Virus record (IMG/VR): IMGVR_UViG_3300027906_000022
Span: 1-53,892 of that record
Source of the DNA: a virus
Lineage: Duplodnaviria; Caudoviricetes
Strand: one strand, 5' to 3'
DNA length: 53,892 nucleotides
Part shown: positions 1-11,000 of the stretch, in pieces
Layout of the letters: each line of letters begins with the position of its first letter
Numbering within the stretch: the first letter of the stretch is position 1
Translations under genes and position numbers: made by a program
The notes under the pieces: model-generated
What the model was told of the DNA's origin: nothing
The model's database searches: none
The model's input: the letters and a program-made list of their open reading frames with translations, nothing else

Positions 1-63
1 GTCTTTATATTGGGAATAACCATTAAAGGTAAAAAGCAATAATAATAAGTATAAGTATTTCAT
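1..63 (-). CDS. Partial secreted protein (runs off the window start)
   Basis: ATG at 63 overlaps the stop of 63..404 (TAATG); reads MKYLYLLLLLFTFNGYSQYKD, a Bacteroidota-type signal peptide. Confidence 0.6.
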   Translation of the reverse strand, partial: MKYLYLLLLLFTFNGYSQYKD

Positions 64-404
64 TATCTATTTTTTTGTAGGTCGTATAAACGTTCGTCTA
101 ATTTCTCTAAAGTTATTTTCATTGACTCTACATCTCCTTTTATAGCTTCTACATCTTTTTGAGTTAACTCTATAGTTTTACGAATCATTTCGTCTTTATA
201 TTTAAACTCTACAGAACTAACTACAGGTTCTGGTAATTCCATTGCTAAAGCAATATCTGATTTAAGAGTGAACCACATACCTGCCATCGATACGATACCT
301 GCGATTATAATTCCAATTGTTTTCACAGATATATTCAAGTCTGGTTTACCATCTCCGTCTATATCTACTCCCATGGAAAGATTTTCATCTAATTGTTTAG
401 CCAT
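63..404 (-). CDS. Single-TM coiled-coil protein, possibly i-spanin-like
   Basis: TM segment TIGIIIAGIVSMAGMWFTL followed by a heptad-rich C-terminus; N-terminal DIDGDGKPD loop; downstream of the endolysin. Confidence 0.45.
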   Translation of the reverse strand: MAKQLDENLSMGVDIDGDGKPDLNISVKTIGIIIAGIVSMAGMWFTLKSDIALAMELPEPVVSSVEFKYKDEMIRKTIELTQKDVEAIKGDVESMKITLEKLDERLYDLQKNR

Positions 405-406
405 TA

Positions 407-1129
407 TTATCTTTTTGATTGATTAACTGCTCCTCTACCATTAGAAACACTTGGATCTGTTCTTGGTGTAAATCTAGGAGTTGAGCTACTGGTTGAATTT
501 GATTGAATACTATTACCTGACGAACGACTAATATTATAATTTCTTGTAGAAATACTATTGTTCCCAGGTTCTATACGTGGAGTAAATTTAGTAGAATAAG
601 ATCTATTAGGATTGTTTTTAATTATTGTTTTTAATTTGTTAACAACTTTTTCTATATTACTACTTCTTCTACCTATCACATATGCTACATTATTTTTCCT
701 CTTATAGTCAAAATCTTTTTTAATTGTTGGGATTTTCCAATAATAAGGGTTATAATAATAAGGATTATAATAATAAGGTTTATACCAATCATATCCCCAC
801 CAGCTGTAAGAGTTAAAACTCCAGTTCCACCATATATCATGTCTATTCCAGTAGAAATCAAACGCAGAACCAAATCCCATTCTTGATAAATTGTTTCTAT
901 AATAATAATCATAGTACCAATTTATATCTTGATTTATTGCAAACTGTAAGTAATTGTTTCTTAAACCCCAATCTTTTTGCATTTCAACTCTTAGTTGATT
1001 CATTGAGTTTATCTTATTAACAACAATCTTATCGTTAAAATAATTAGGTTGACTATTGTAAGTGGATAATCTAAATGTTGAACAACTAGTAAATAATAAT
1101 AAAATTATAATCCATTTTAATTTATTCAT
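407..1129 (-). CDS. Lipoprotein with aromatic-rich core and Ser/Arg-rich tail
   Basis: MNKLKWIIILLLFTSC lipoprotein signal; W/Y-rich middle with YYYNP repeats; low-complexity C-terminus. Confidence 0.65.
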   Translation of the reverse strand: MNKLKWIIILLLFTSCSTFRLSTYNSQPNYFNDKIVVNKINSMNQLRVEMQKDWGLRNNYLQFAINQDINWYYDYYYRNNLSRMGFGSAFDFYWNRHDIWWNWSFNSYSWWGYDWYKPYYYNPYYYNPYYWKIPTIKKDFDYKRKNNVAYVIGRRSSNIEKVVNKLKTIIKNNPNRSYSTKFTPRIEPGNNSISTRNYNISRSSGNSIQSNSTSSSTPRFTPRTDPSVSNGRGAVNQSKR

Positions 1130-1386
1130 CTTTTGCTTTTACGCTTTTTAGCCATTTCTTCCCTACGAGCTTTTCTTTCTTTTAACATTTTTTCCCATTC
1201 TTTAGAAGAATAAGTTTTTGTAGTTTTTGTATTAGTACATTTGTTAATTTTAGTAACAAATACACTATCTCTTTTTTCAACTACTTTAGTACTTATACAT
1301 TTCTCTTTAGACTGAGGTCTTTCTCTTTTTTGAGCATTAATATTTAAACTGAATATTAATACCATTAATAATAATAATTTCTTCAT
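1126..1386 (-). CDS. Small secreted basic protein
   Basis: Signal peptide MKKLLLLMVLIFSLNINA-Q; ATGA overlaps with both neighbours. Confidence 0.65.
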   Translation of the reverse strand: MKKLLLLMVLIFSLNINAQKRERPQSKEKCISTKVVEKRDSVFVTKINKCTNTKTTKTYSSKEWEKMLKERKARREEMAKKRKSKR

Positions 1387-1487
1387 TTCTTTTTCATGTG
1401 TTTAGTTAAACCAGGATATAGTTGCAAAATTAATTTTAACTGTTTCTTATCTATTTCATCAACAATTTTTACTAATACTTTTTTCAT
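1383..1487 (-). CDS. Small hypothetical protein, 34 aa (not in ORF track)
   Basis: MKKVLVKIVDEIDKKQLKLILQLYPGLTKHMKKK*; ATGA coupling at both ends. Confidence 0.55.
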   Translation of the reverse strand: MKKVLVKIVDEIDKKQLKLILQLYPGLTKHMKKK

Positions 1488-1624
1488 TTTAAAAACACTT
1501 TATATACTTTTGCTTTAGGGTTACGAGAATATATAAGAATTTTCTCTAATATTTCTGGTTCATCTTTAGATTCGTTGGGCCAGTATTTAGGATTTTTACT
1601 ATTTAACTTCCTTTTTTTTGGCAT
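1484..1624 (-). CDS. Small basic hypothetical protein, 46 aa (not in ORF track)
   Basis: MPKKRKLNSKNPKYWPNES...KVFLK*; TAATG overlap with the endolysin stop and ATGA overlap downstream. Confidence 0.6.
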   Translation of the reverse strand: MPKKRKLNSKNPKYWPNESKDEPEILEKILIYSRNPKAKVYKVFLK

Positions 1625-2085
1625 TATATTACTCTATATTTCGTTTGCCTATTTTCTTTATAAGCTTTTAAACATTTATTTCTATTATCTTCTTTTGAAA
1701 CATAAGATATATGTACCCAATTAGGTTGAGTATCAGTTCCAAATTCCCAAATCATCTGATCGAAATCTAAATTTTCTTTAATCCAGTTATACATCTCAGC
1801 ATTAGTTTTACAGCCATAGACATCATCGATATCAATTGCTTGACCTTTGCAATGTTGGCTTGAAGATGCCCCACCAATTTCTTCATTAAGCGCTACTGAA
1901 CGAAAAAATGAATTAACTTTAATTGGACCTCCAACCCATTGTCTTAATGGTTCAAATACATTTTCCGCTAAAAGCTTCATGCATTCTAATTCTTTTTGAT
2001 TTGGAGTATTATCTATAGCTTCTCTTTTAGCTGTGCTAGAGTGAATAGCTTCAGCATACGTTATATTCTTACTTATATTTTCCAT
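1624..2085 (-). CDS. Peptidase M15-family endolysin
   Basis: Motifs SFFRS..LN..IGG, SQHCKGQAIDID (SxHxxGxAxD) and WVHIS are typical of Peptidase_M15_3. Confidence 0.88.
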   Translation of the reverse strand: MENISKNITYAEAIHSSTAKREAIDNTPNQKELECMKLLAENVFEPLRQWVGGPIKVNSFFRSVALNEEIGGASSSQHCKGQAIDIDDVYGCKTNAEMYNWIKENLDFDQMIWEFGTDTQPNWVHISYVSKEDNRNKCLKAYKENRQTKYRVI

Positions 2086-2086
2086 A

Positions 2087-5000
2087 TTATTCTACGTATT
2101 TAGCTTTCAATTGGTTCAACTTATATATTGCGGTTATTTTTTTATCTTTTATTTCTTTACGCCTTATACTATCTCTCATTATTCCTGGTAAAGCATTTAA
2201 TACTTGTACCCTTAATCTTTTGTGAGCTTTTTCTTTCTCTTTATTATCTTTTCTAGTTTGTTTACCCTTTTCTATTCCTTCTGCTTTTCTTTTAGATTTA
2301 GCATGAGTTTTTATAAGATCATGCTCTTCTATTTTAGCCTTTACATTCCACGTTTTCCACCCTAAACCTAAAGCTATTCTTTGATAATCAGTATTTCTAT
2401 TATCTAATGCTTCAGTGATAGAATTAACTTCATTAAATACTCTATCTAAAGGTATATTTAAAAGTCCAGATGCTACATTACCTACAACATCATAAGCAGG
2501 GCTTAATTGAAATCTATCATCTAACATTACACTATAACCTCTTTCAGCTATTACATCTTTATCTATATCGTGTATGTTTAAAGCAGTATTTACTTTTCTA
2601 AGCTTAGAGCTAAGTGGTGGAGATACACTAGTTAAAGCTATTATCAACTCAGCATTATGTCTAGATTTCTGTAAAGCAGTCATATCTGTACGCTCGCTGA
2701 GCTCTAAAATAACATTTTTAATAGTAGAAACTACAGCTCCTGCAACCCCAGATCCTCTTAAAATAGTATCTATCATGTTGTTAGCAATTCGTTTAACTTT
2801 AGCATCTTCTTGATTCGTTTGTTTCGCAAGCCATGCATCTCTTTCTTTATCTGTTTTAAAATCAGGTTCTTCTTCATCATCAAACCCAGGAACTAAAGCA
2901 AATAAGGCATTTTGTAAAGCAGAAAATATTAAGTTTTGAATAAATCCATAATATACTATCTTAGATAGGTTTGTTTTAATATCTCCTCTACCATTAACTA
3001 TATCTTGCCCAGCTTTTTTCATCAATCTAGTGTACTGCATTGGCGTGTTTTGAAATGCTAATACAAATCTTCCTAAAACTCCTGCTTGTTGAGAAGATAT
3101 AAGCATTGGATCTGCTGATTGCTGTGTTTCATCTGAGATAGCGGAAAAATCTTCAAAAGCTTTAGCTTCTGCTTCTTCAACTGTATAACCTTCTTTTTTG
3201 TAAGTGTTGATTCTATTTCTATAAAATGCCGCACCTCCAGTAGAAATCGCTATACTATCTGCTATTTGTGTAGGTGTAAAACCTAATTTTAATAAATAAG
3301 ATAATACTCCTTGCATGCCTCCTTGTCTGGAAGCTTGTGCAATTTCTGATTCATTAATATCACCTTCTAATCCAGCTCTTCTAGCTTTTAGCTTTGGAGA
3401 ATTAAATAAATAAGCTACATCTTTCCAATATTGTGGTTGATTAGCGAATGCTATACCAGCATTTAAAGGATTATTATCAGACCAGTTTACAAAGTTACCA
3501 GCTGATAACATCTGTAATAAAGCAGATCTTCTATTAAAGAACATTATAGCTCCTACAGAATTATTAATCCAAGTAGTCCAAGCATTTACTATACGTGATG
3601 AACCAGTTTGTTTATTACTTCCGGTTTTCATTCTATATAAAGAATCTTCTAAAGCTTCTCTTATTCTAAATCCATAAACTGCTTCAATTTTATTTAAATT
3701 TTTAGGACTAAATAATATATCAGCATTATCTGTAAATTCTTTTAAATATTCTTTTCTATTTATTTCTCTAGCTAATCTACCTAAATCCCCTACTATAGTA
3801 GTCCCATCCCAAAATTCATTAGGTGGAACATATGTATCTTTTTTAGTTATAAGTTTTACACCTTCAGCAAAAGCGACTAAATCAACATCTGCATTAACTA
3901 AGCTAACTATTTTGTTTTTATCAGTTTTAGATAATCCAGGTATTGTAACACCATCCTTGTTCCATAAGTAAATTCTTATAGCTTCATCGTGAGTATATTT
4001 AGTACCACCTATTTTTTTATTTAATTTTTTCCTAACATTTGGACTAGTTTGTTGTAAAACTTTATAAGCATTTTTAATTCTATTTTTAGCTAATTGCATT
4101 GCGTTAACTCCGGCCATATAAGGTTTTATTAAAGCTTTATCAAAAAACTCTTGATCTAATTCACCTCTTTTGCCCTTACCTGCAAATGTGTACATGGTTA
4201 GACCTCTAAAGTCATCAGCTGAAGGAGGTATAAATAACGTCCATTTCTTTTGGTTTTTACCTTTTCTTCGAGCTAAAATATCTGAGTAAGTATATTCTGA
4301 CTTAACACCCATATTTCGTTCGATCATGTCGTTAAAGTCTTTATCTAGTTTATCACTAAATTTAACTCTAGCTTGTTGTACTTTAGACTTAACATCTAGT
4401 ACATCAAAAACATTTTTAACTGCTTCAATATTTTTAAAAGCATCATCGGCAAAATAAAAATCATTATAACCGTCGGCATATTTACCCACCATCCAATCTG
4501 CTTTAGCTTCAGGAGTTCCATTTTCTAATCCAGTTATGTTTGCTAAAGGTATATTTAAACCAATCTCATCTAAAAACTTTTTAATGTTTATAGCTGAAGA
4601 CTGAGGTCTTGCAGTTAATACAAATATATCTTTACTACCAAACTTACCTTGACGTTTTAAAGCAAGATCTGCTAATGGACCTTTTCTCCCTTCCTTAACT
4701 TCATTAAATTCACTAAAATTAAATTCAGCTCCTAAATTAGTTAATCCTGAAGCTTCTAAAGCAAATTCACCTGCTGTTAAAGTACCTGTTGTCCCGTCTG
4801 GCATTGTATAAAGAACTTTACTATTTGATTGAGCTAATGTATCATCAAAATCAAACACACTAATACCTTTTCTAGATTCTTTATACTCCACACTGTTTCT
4901 AGCATCACTCATAGCTTTATCAGCTGTATTATCTTTAGTAATCACAACTGGAGCTTCAGGTTTAAAAGTTTCATCTACCTTTTGTTGTATTTTAACTAAT

Positions 5001-8000
5001 CTTTTAGCTTCTTTTTTTACTTCTGCTTGAGTTCTTTTTCCGCTAAATAAGTCTCTCATTAATTGTTTTTGATCTACTAGTTTAACATCTTCAGTACCAA
5101 AAAATATTTGAGATAAAGTTTGACCTGTTGGAATATATAATTGAAAACCAAGATCAACACCTGATTCACTCATTCTTATAGCAGCTAAAGTACCGTCAGG
5201 CAGTTTTAATTCACCTTTGTTATAAAGCTCTATACCTGTTTTAAGTAAGTTATAAGGCATGGATTTACTATAATCCTTGTTAACTTTATTATCTACATCA
5301 TCTGATAACCAACCTTGCATAGCTAAAGCTTTTACAGTAGGAAAAACTTCATCTACTCTTTGATCAATAGCTGCTTGAATTAATAACGTGCCTATTGTAT
5401 TTTGAGGAGTTGAATGCTCTTCTGTTCCTTTAACATTTCTTAATGGTTTACCATTAAAATCTACTTCAACTAAATATACAGGAAATAATGTTCTAAATGG
5501 AGATTGTTGAGAATTAGTTGCTTCAGCTCTAATCTCATCAAATACCCAGGCATTTTTTTCATTAGCTTTTACCTTTTTAATTTTACCATTTACTTCTACT
5601 TCAGTTTCTTCATGTAAATAAGATTCAACTGCTTTAGCAAAATCATATAATACTTCTATTTTGTCTTGCTGTCTAGTTACATAACTAGGTTTTTTTATTT
5701 CTTTAACATAAGCATCTGTTAACATTTTATTAGAAGTCATTGGTTCTCTCTTAACATTAACTTGATCACCTTGAGTAATAGAAATATTTTTATTAAAAAT
5801 ATCTGTTACACCATACGCAGATCTATCTATTCCAAACACTGTAGCTTGTTTAATAAATGTTCTAAATTCAGGATATGTATTTAAGAAATCATTTATCACC
5901 CTTGTCATACCTTCTAAAAACATTTCTCCTTCAAACGCAGCAACTTCATCAGATAAATATCTGTCTCTATCTATTATAGTTTTTTCTATACCTTCACTAA
6001 GTCTAAACTTTTTAACATCCTCCGTTAAATATTCAGCTTCTCTTGTGCTTTTTTTAGTACCACTTTCTTTAGGTAGCAATCTTGTTTTTTGCATTATTGA
6101 AGTGGTATATTGAGGAAGTTTTTCACTATATTGCACTCCCCTTCTACCGGCTCTTGTATTAGCTGTAATTTCTGCAGCTGTTTTAGAAGATTTAATTTCA
6201 CCTTTCTTAATAAGTGATTGTATTTTTTGATCTACAACTGTATTAGCTACAATAGCTCCTTTTAAGTTTGCTAAACCTATAAGCAGTCTACCAAATTCAG
6301 TTCTCGCTTTACCCTTTGGTGGAACATTAAATTCACCTTTTCCTGTTATACCTAAGTCTTTCTGTAGTTTTTTAATAGTCTCATTAGATATAGTTCCTCT
6401 AAATTCAGGTTTTAATCTTCTTACTTGTGTTTGACTAGTGCTACCTTTAGATCTTCCTTTAGGATTTGTTATAGCATCTTTTTTAGTTTCTTTATTTAAA
6501 GCTTTAGGATCAATATAATCTTCATAAAAATAATTTTGTACACTAGGAGCAATACCCAATGATCTTCCTTGTACGTCTTTATCAACTTTAGTTTCTTGAC
6601 CTTGCTTTGTTGTTACAGCTGTAGGTGTACTTATATTAAATTCAGGATATAAAGAAATTAATTTTTTAGCATCTTGAATATTTGCATAATCACCCTGTAT
6701 TCTTTCAGCTTCAGAAATTACTTTTCTACCATCAACTACTTTATTTTGTGCATACGTAAGATCAGCACCTTTTTTAAGTTTACCCGCATCTATCCCATAA
6801 ATTTCACCTGCCACTTTAGAACCATACTTGTCTGATATACTTCTAAAATCTGTAGTATAAGATCTAGACTCAGGGTTTATCACAACATCGTTTTTATCAA
6901 CTTTTATAAGATTGTCAATGTTTGTTGGTACTCCTGGTAATTTTCTTGGATCTACTAGAGATTTACCCTTACCTTCAGATTTTTTTCTTTCTTCTAAGTT
7001 TACAGCATCTTCTGCTGTTTCTTTAGCAACTAGTCTAGTTTGTTCTTGAGCTTGGCTTTGGCGTACTAACTTTTTCTTTCTTTCTATTTCTTCCCCTATT
7101 TTAGCACTACCTTCTCGACCAATAGTTTTATATATCCAGTTAGTAAACGAACCTTCTCCTGGTTTATAACTTCTAGTTACTCTGTCAAAAGCATCAACAG
7201 CAAAACCTTCTGCTTGATCTGTAGCTATATCTCCTTTTGCAATATTGAAACCCATAGCTGCTAAAGCAGTATTAAGATATTGTCTATAAAAATCAGTATC
7301 TAATATAAAACTAGCTCTTTTATCAGCCGGTAATTCTTTATATTCTATAGCTAATTCATTTATGTTTTTCTCCGATTGTTTTAAATCTTTTCCTTTATAT
7401 TCATCTATAGCTTTAATAGTTTCTTTAGAAAGTTTGCCACTTCTAAACGCAGCGTTGTTAGCCGCTAAATAGTTTAAAGCTTTTTCCGGTGTATTTAAAT
7501 TACCCGGATCAGTGGCGTTGAAAACTCTAGTAAGAAAATTATCATCTTTTTCTATTTGAACTTCATCTTCATAAGCATATAATCTTTCTTGTAGATATTT
7601 ACTATATTCATCTTCCCAAATAACTTTGTTTTCGTTGTTTATTTCTCCATATATATTATTTAAATCTAAAACAATTTCATTATGAATTCTATTTAAAGCT
7701 TTATTATCACTAGTAGCTGCTGCCTTAAATAAGTTATTAAAGTATTTAGCTTTAGCTTCTGGAGATTTCATCCTAGCATCATCCGTTATATGGCTAAATT
7801 CATGTAAAATAACTGTTCCAGCTCTTAATTCACCTTTAGCTAAATCAGCTTCCATTCCTTCTTTGTTTTGGGTTAAAATAGTTTTACCAAAAACAAGACC
7901 AAAAGTTTTATTTTCTTGTAGTTTATTTAAAGCGTCTGCAAATTCTGCTGTTCCTACCTCTAATCCTGTATCAATTAATAATTGAATACCTTTATCATCA

Positions 8001-11000
8001 TTGGTCCATTCTTCTACCTTAACGTTTTTTACATCACCTAAAATTTGTTTAGCATTTCTGTTAACATTTAATTGGGTACCGAAAGCCCTTGAAGCATCTA
8101 ACGCTTGTTTTTTCCCCCAATTACGATATATATTTTCTTTCTGTTCGTTAGTAAGTTTTTTAAATCTTTTGTCAGTAGTTAATTCACCTTCCTTATTTAA
8201 CCTTAATCCATCAACCCATTCAACCATTCGAGGATTTGACTTAGCTTTATTAATAGCATCTTGTTCAAAATCAGTTCTGGCTTTATTAATTATATATACT
8301 AGTTTATCTTTAGGGGATTTACTATCATATTCTGTATCGTTTTTTAAAGAAATATTATAACTTTTATATAAATTTCCTAAAGCATTTTTAGCAATAGTAT
8401 AATTATTATTTTTAGTAGCAGTTTCTTTTATATTATTTATTTGAGTATCTAAACTATTAAGAACTCCATCAAAATCCTTCACTTGCTGAGCTGTCATTGT
8501 TTTTTTCTTAGCCGCAATCGCTGTATCGGTTTGAGCTTTTGATAAGAAAGGATTTATACCTTCACTTACTAAAAAGTCTCTTTTAATCATTTGAGTTCCA
8601 ATTAACCTATTGATTTCTGGAGCTCCAAGGTTTAAAAGATCTATTGAGTTTTGATCAACAGCTAACCCCATTTCCTTCATTTCCTCCCCAATGTCAAACA
8701 GTAAAGCTTTTTGAACCTCTGGACTTAACTTCTTAAAAGTTTTACCTTGTAAAGTTTTAGATAAACCATTAATATTAAATCGTCTTTTAGAAATAGCTTT
8801 TTCATATTCTTTAGTTATACCCACAGCATTCAATCCACTGTAAGCAATACCAGTTCCTTGTGATAAACCAGCTGTTACTACTGTAGCCCAAAATGTTTCA
8901 TTTAAACCACTTTTAAATTCACCTTCGTCTATATCTCTACCTAATATCCCGGCTTCTGTAACAATTTGTTGTCCTCCAAAAATACTTAACTCTTCAAACA
9001 CCTCCGAACCAGTTCTAATTGCTAAAGGTTTACCAATAAGATTAGTAACTTTAGAATAATTACCTTTGAATAATTGTTCAGCTATAAGTTTTCTATTAAC
9101 TGTACTAAAATCTTTTATAAGTTTTATAGAGTTTGGTGCAGTGCCTAAATATTTAGTAAATACACCTTCTATTATACCATTGGAAAATGAGGCTGTTAAA
9201 ATTTGATTATCATTCAAACGTTTCATGGCTAAAGTCTTATCAATATCCCTCATGGCCATAGTATAATTATACTCGCTTATTTCTCCTTTAGCAAATGCTT
9301 TTTTATATATTTCTTTTTGTCTTAAGGCTTCATCATAAGCGTCAACCTGTATGTTTAAATCTCTAAACGTTTGTGTACCAGCAGTTGTCCCAAAACCTAT
9401 TCCAATAGCGTTAGAAACTGCTGCGTTGCTTAAACCTAAAGCGCTTCCTCCACCTGCTGTAGCTATAGCTAATGTTATATTAGCTGATTGTTGGCCTAAA
9501 GTTCTAGTTATATATTCTAAACTAAACTCTGGACCAGTCATTTCTTTGTAATAATTGTTTTTATCGTTTAATTGTTTTTGTTTACCAATTGCCCATTCTG
9601 AATCGAATAGTGTTGGTAAAGCTAAAAACGTAGAAGTAAAAGCATCATTAACATCTTTAACTATTAAATTCCCTAAACCATATTCTCTATGCGCTGCATC
9701 AATTATATAATCATATTGTTTTCTATCAGCTAAAGAAGCATAGAAAGCTTCAGAATTAGTAATTAATTCATCTATTGCAACTTCTCTATCTCTAGCTAAA
9801 TTATGAAAAGTACTTTGAGCACTAGCTAATTTACCAGATAAAGTTTCTATATCAGCTATCCTATCTGAGCTAGGATTTTTTTCTGTTCCTCTGATGGATA
9901 ATATAGGGCCAGTTTTAGTAGGAGAAGAGACAATAGTATAACCATCAGGTAATTCTTCCCCAATGTTATTTATTGTTTCTACAATTTCTTTTATTTTAGG
10001 TTCATAAAAAGTCTTAATATGCTCAACTTGTGCTTTTTGATCTTCCTCCTGTAATCTTTCTCCTATAAAATCCCAGGTATTTTTCATACCACCAGCGAGT
10101 TCATATGTTTCTTCAATGTCTCCTTTCTCAAACATTTCTAATACATCTTCATCTAATTTAAAATCTGTATCTTTAAATACATTTCCACCTAAATATTGTT
10201 CTATTGTTTTACCTTCTTTTAAAGCTTTTGTTTGAAGTATTTTATAAATATTGTTTGGATCATTATAAAAATTAGCTAGTTGTAATAAGTCTTTTGGTTT
10301 AGTTTCCGATAAAAAATCCCCTAAAAGACTTGTTTGACCTTGATTTATTTTATTAAAAATTAAATCGTTAATACCTTGTGATGCTAAATTTTCTAAAGCT
10401 TGGTTGTTAATTCCGGACCTTATTAATTTCTCTCTTAAACTATCATCTAAACCTTCTAATGTACTATAGTTTGTAGCTAATTGATCTATATCTTTACTGT
10501 TGGAATAAAAACCCCACATACCAGCTCGAGCAAATTTAGAAGTAGTATCTTTTTTTTGTTGTAACAAGTAATCTTTAATTGCCTCTATTTCTTCTGAAGA
10601 AAAACTCCCATTTGCTTTTAACTCTTTAATTAAATCATCTCCAAAATTATTTTCAAAATAATCTAATCTAGTTTCAGGATCATCTTTAATTTTTACAAAA
10701 TCTTGATGATTTTTAGCATCCATTATCGCCGCCATCGTAGACAAAGCTTTAAAAGATCTTTCTTGCATTTTCTTAAACTCCTCTTTAGTTATATTATTTT
10801 GGAAAAAATCATCTAAATCACCTGCTGGTAAGTTTGCTATTACTTCTCCGTCTTTCAAAACATTATATGTAGTAACTTCTTCTTCACCTCTATTCATTCC
10901 CTCCCCTACTTCTACTATATCTGTTATTTTTTCTAATTCATAAGGAGTACTATCTTTTAATAACGCATTTACAGAATTAACGTTTTTGGAATTTTCTTCT

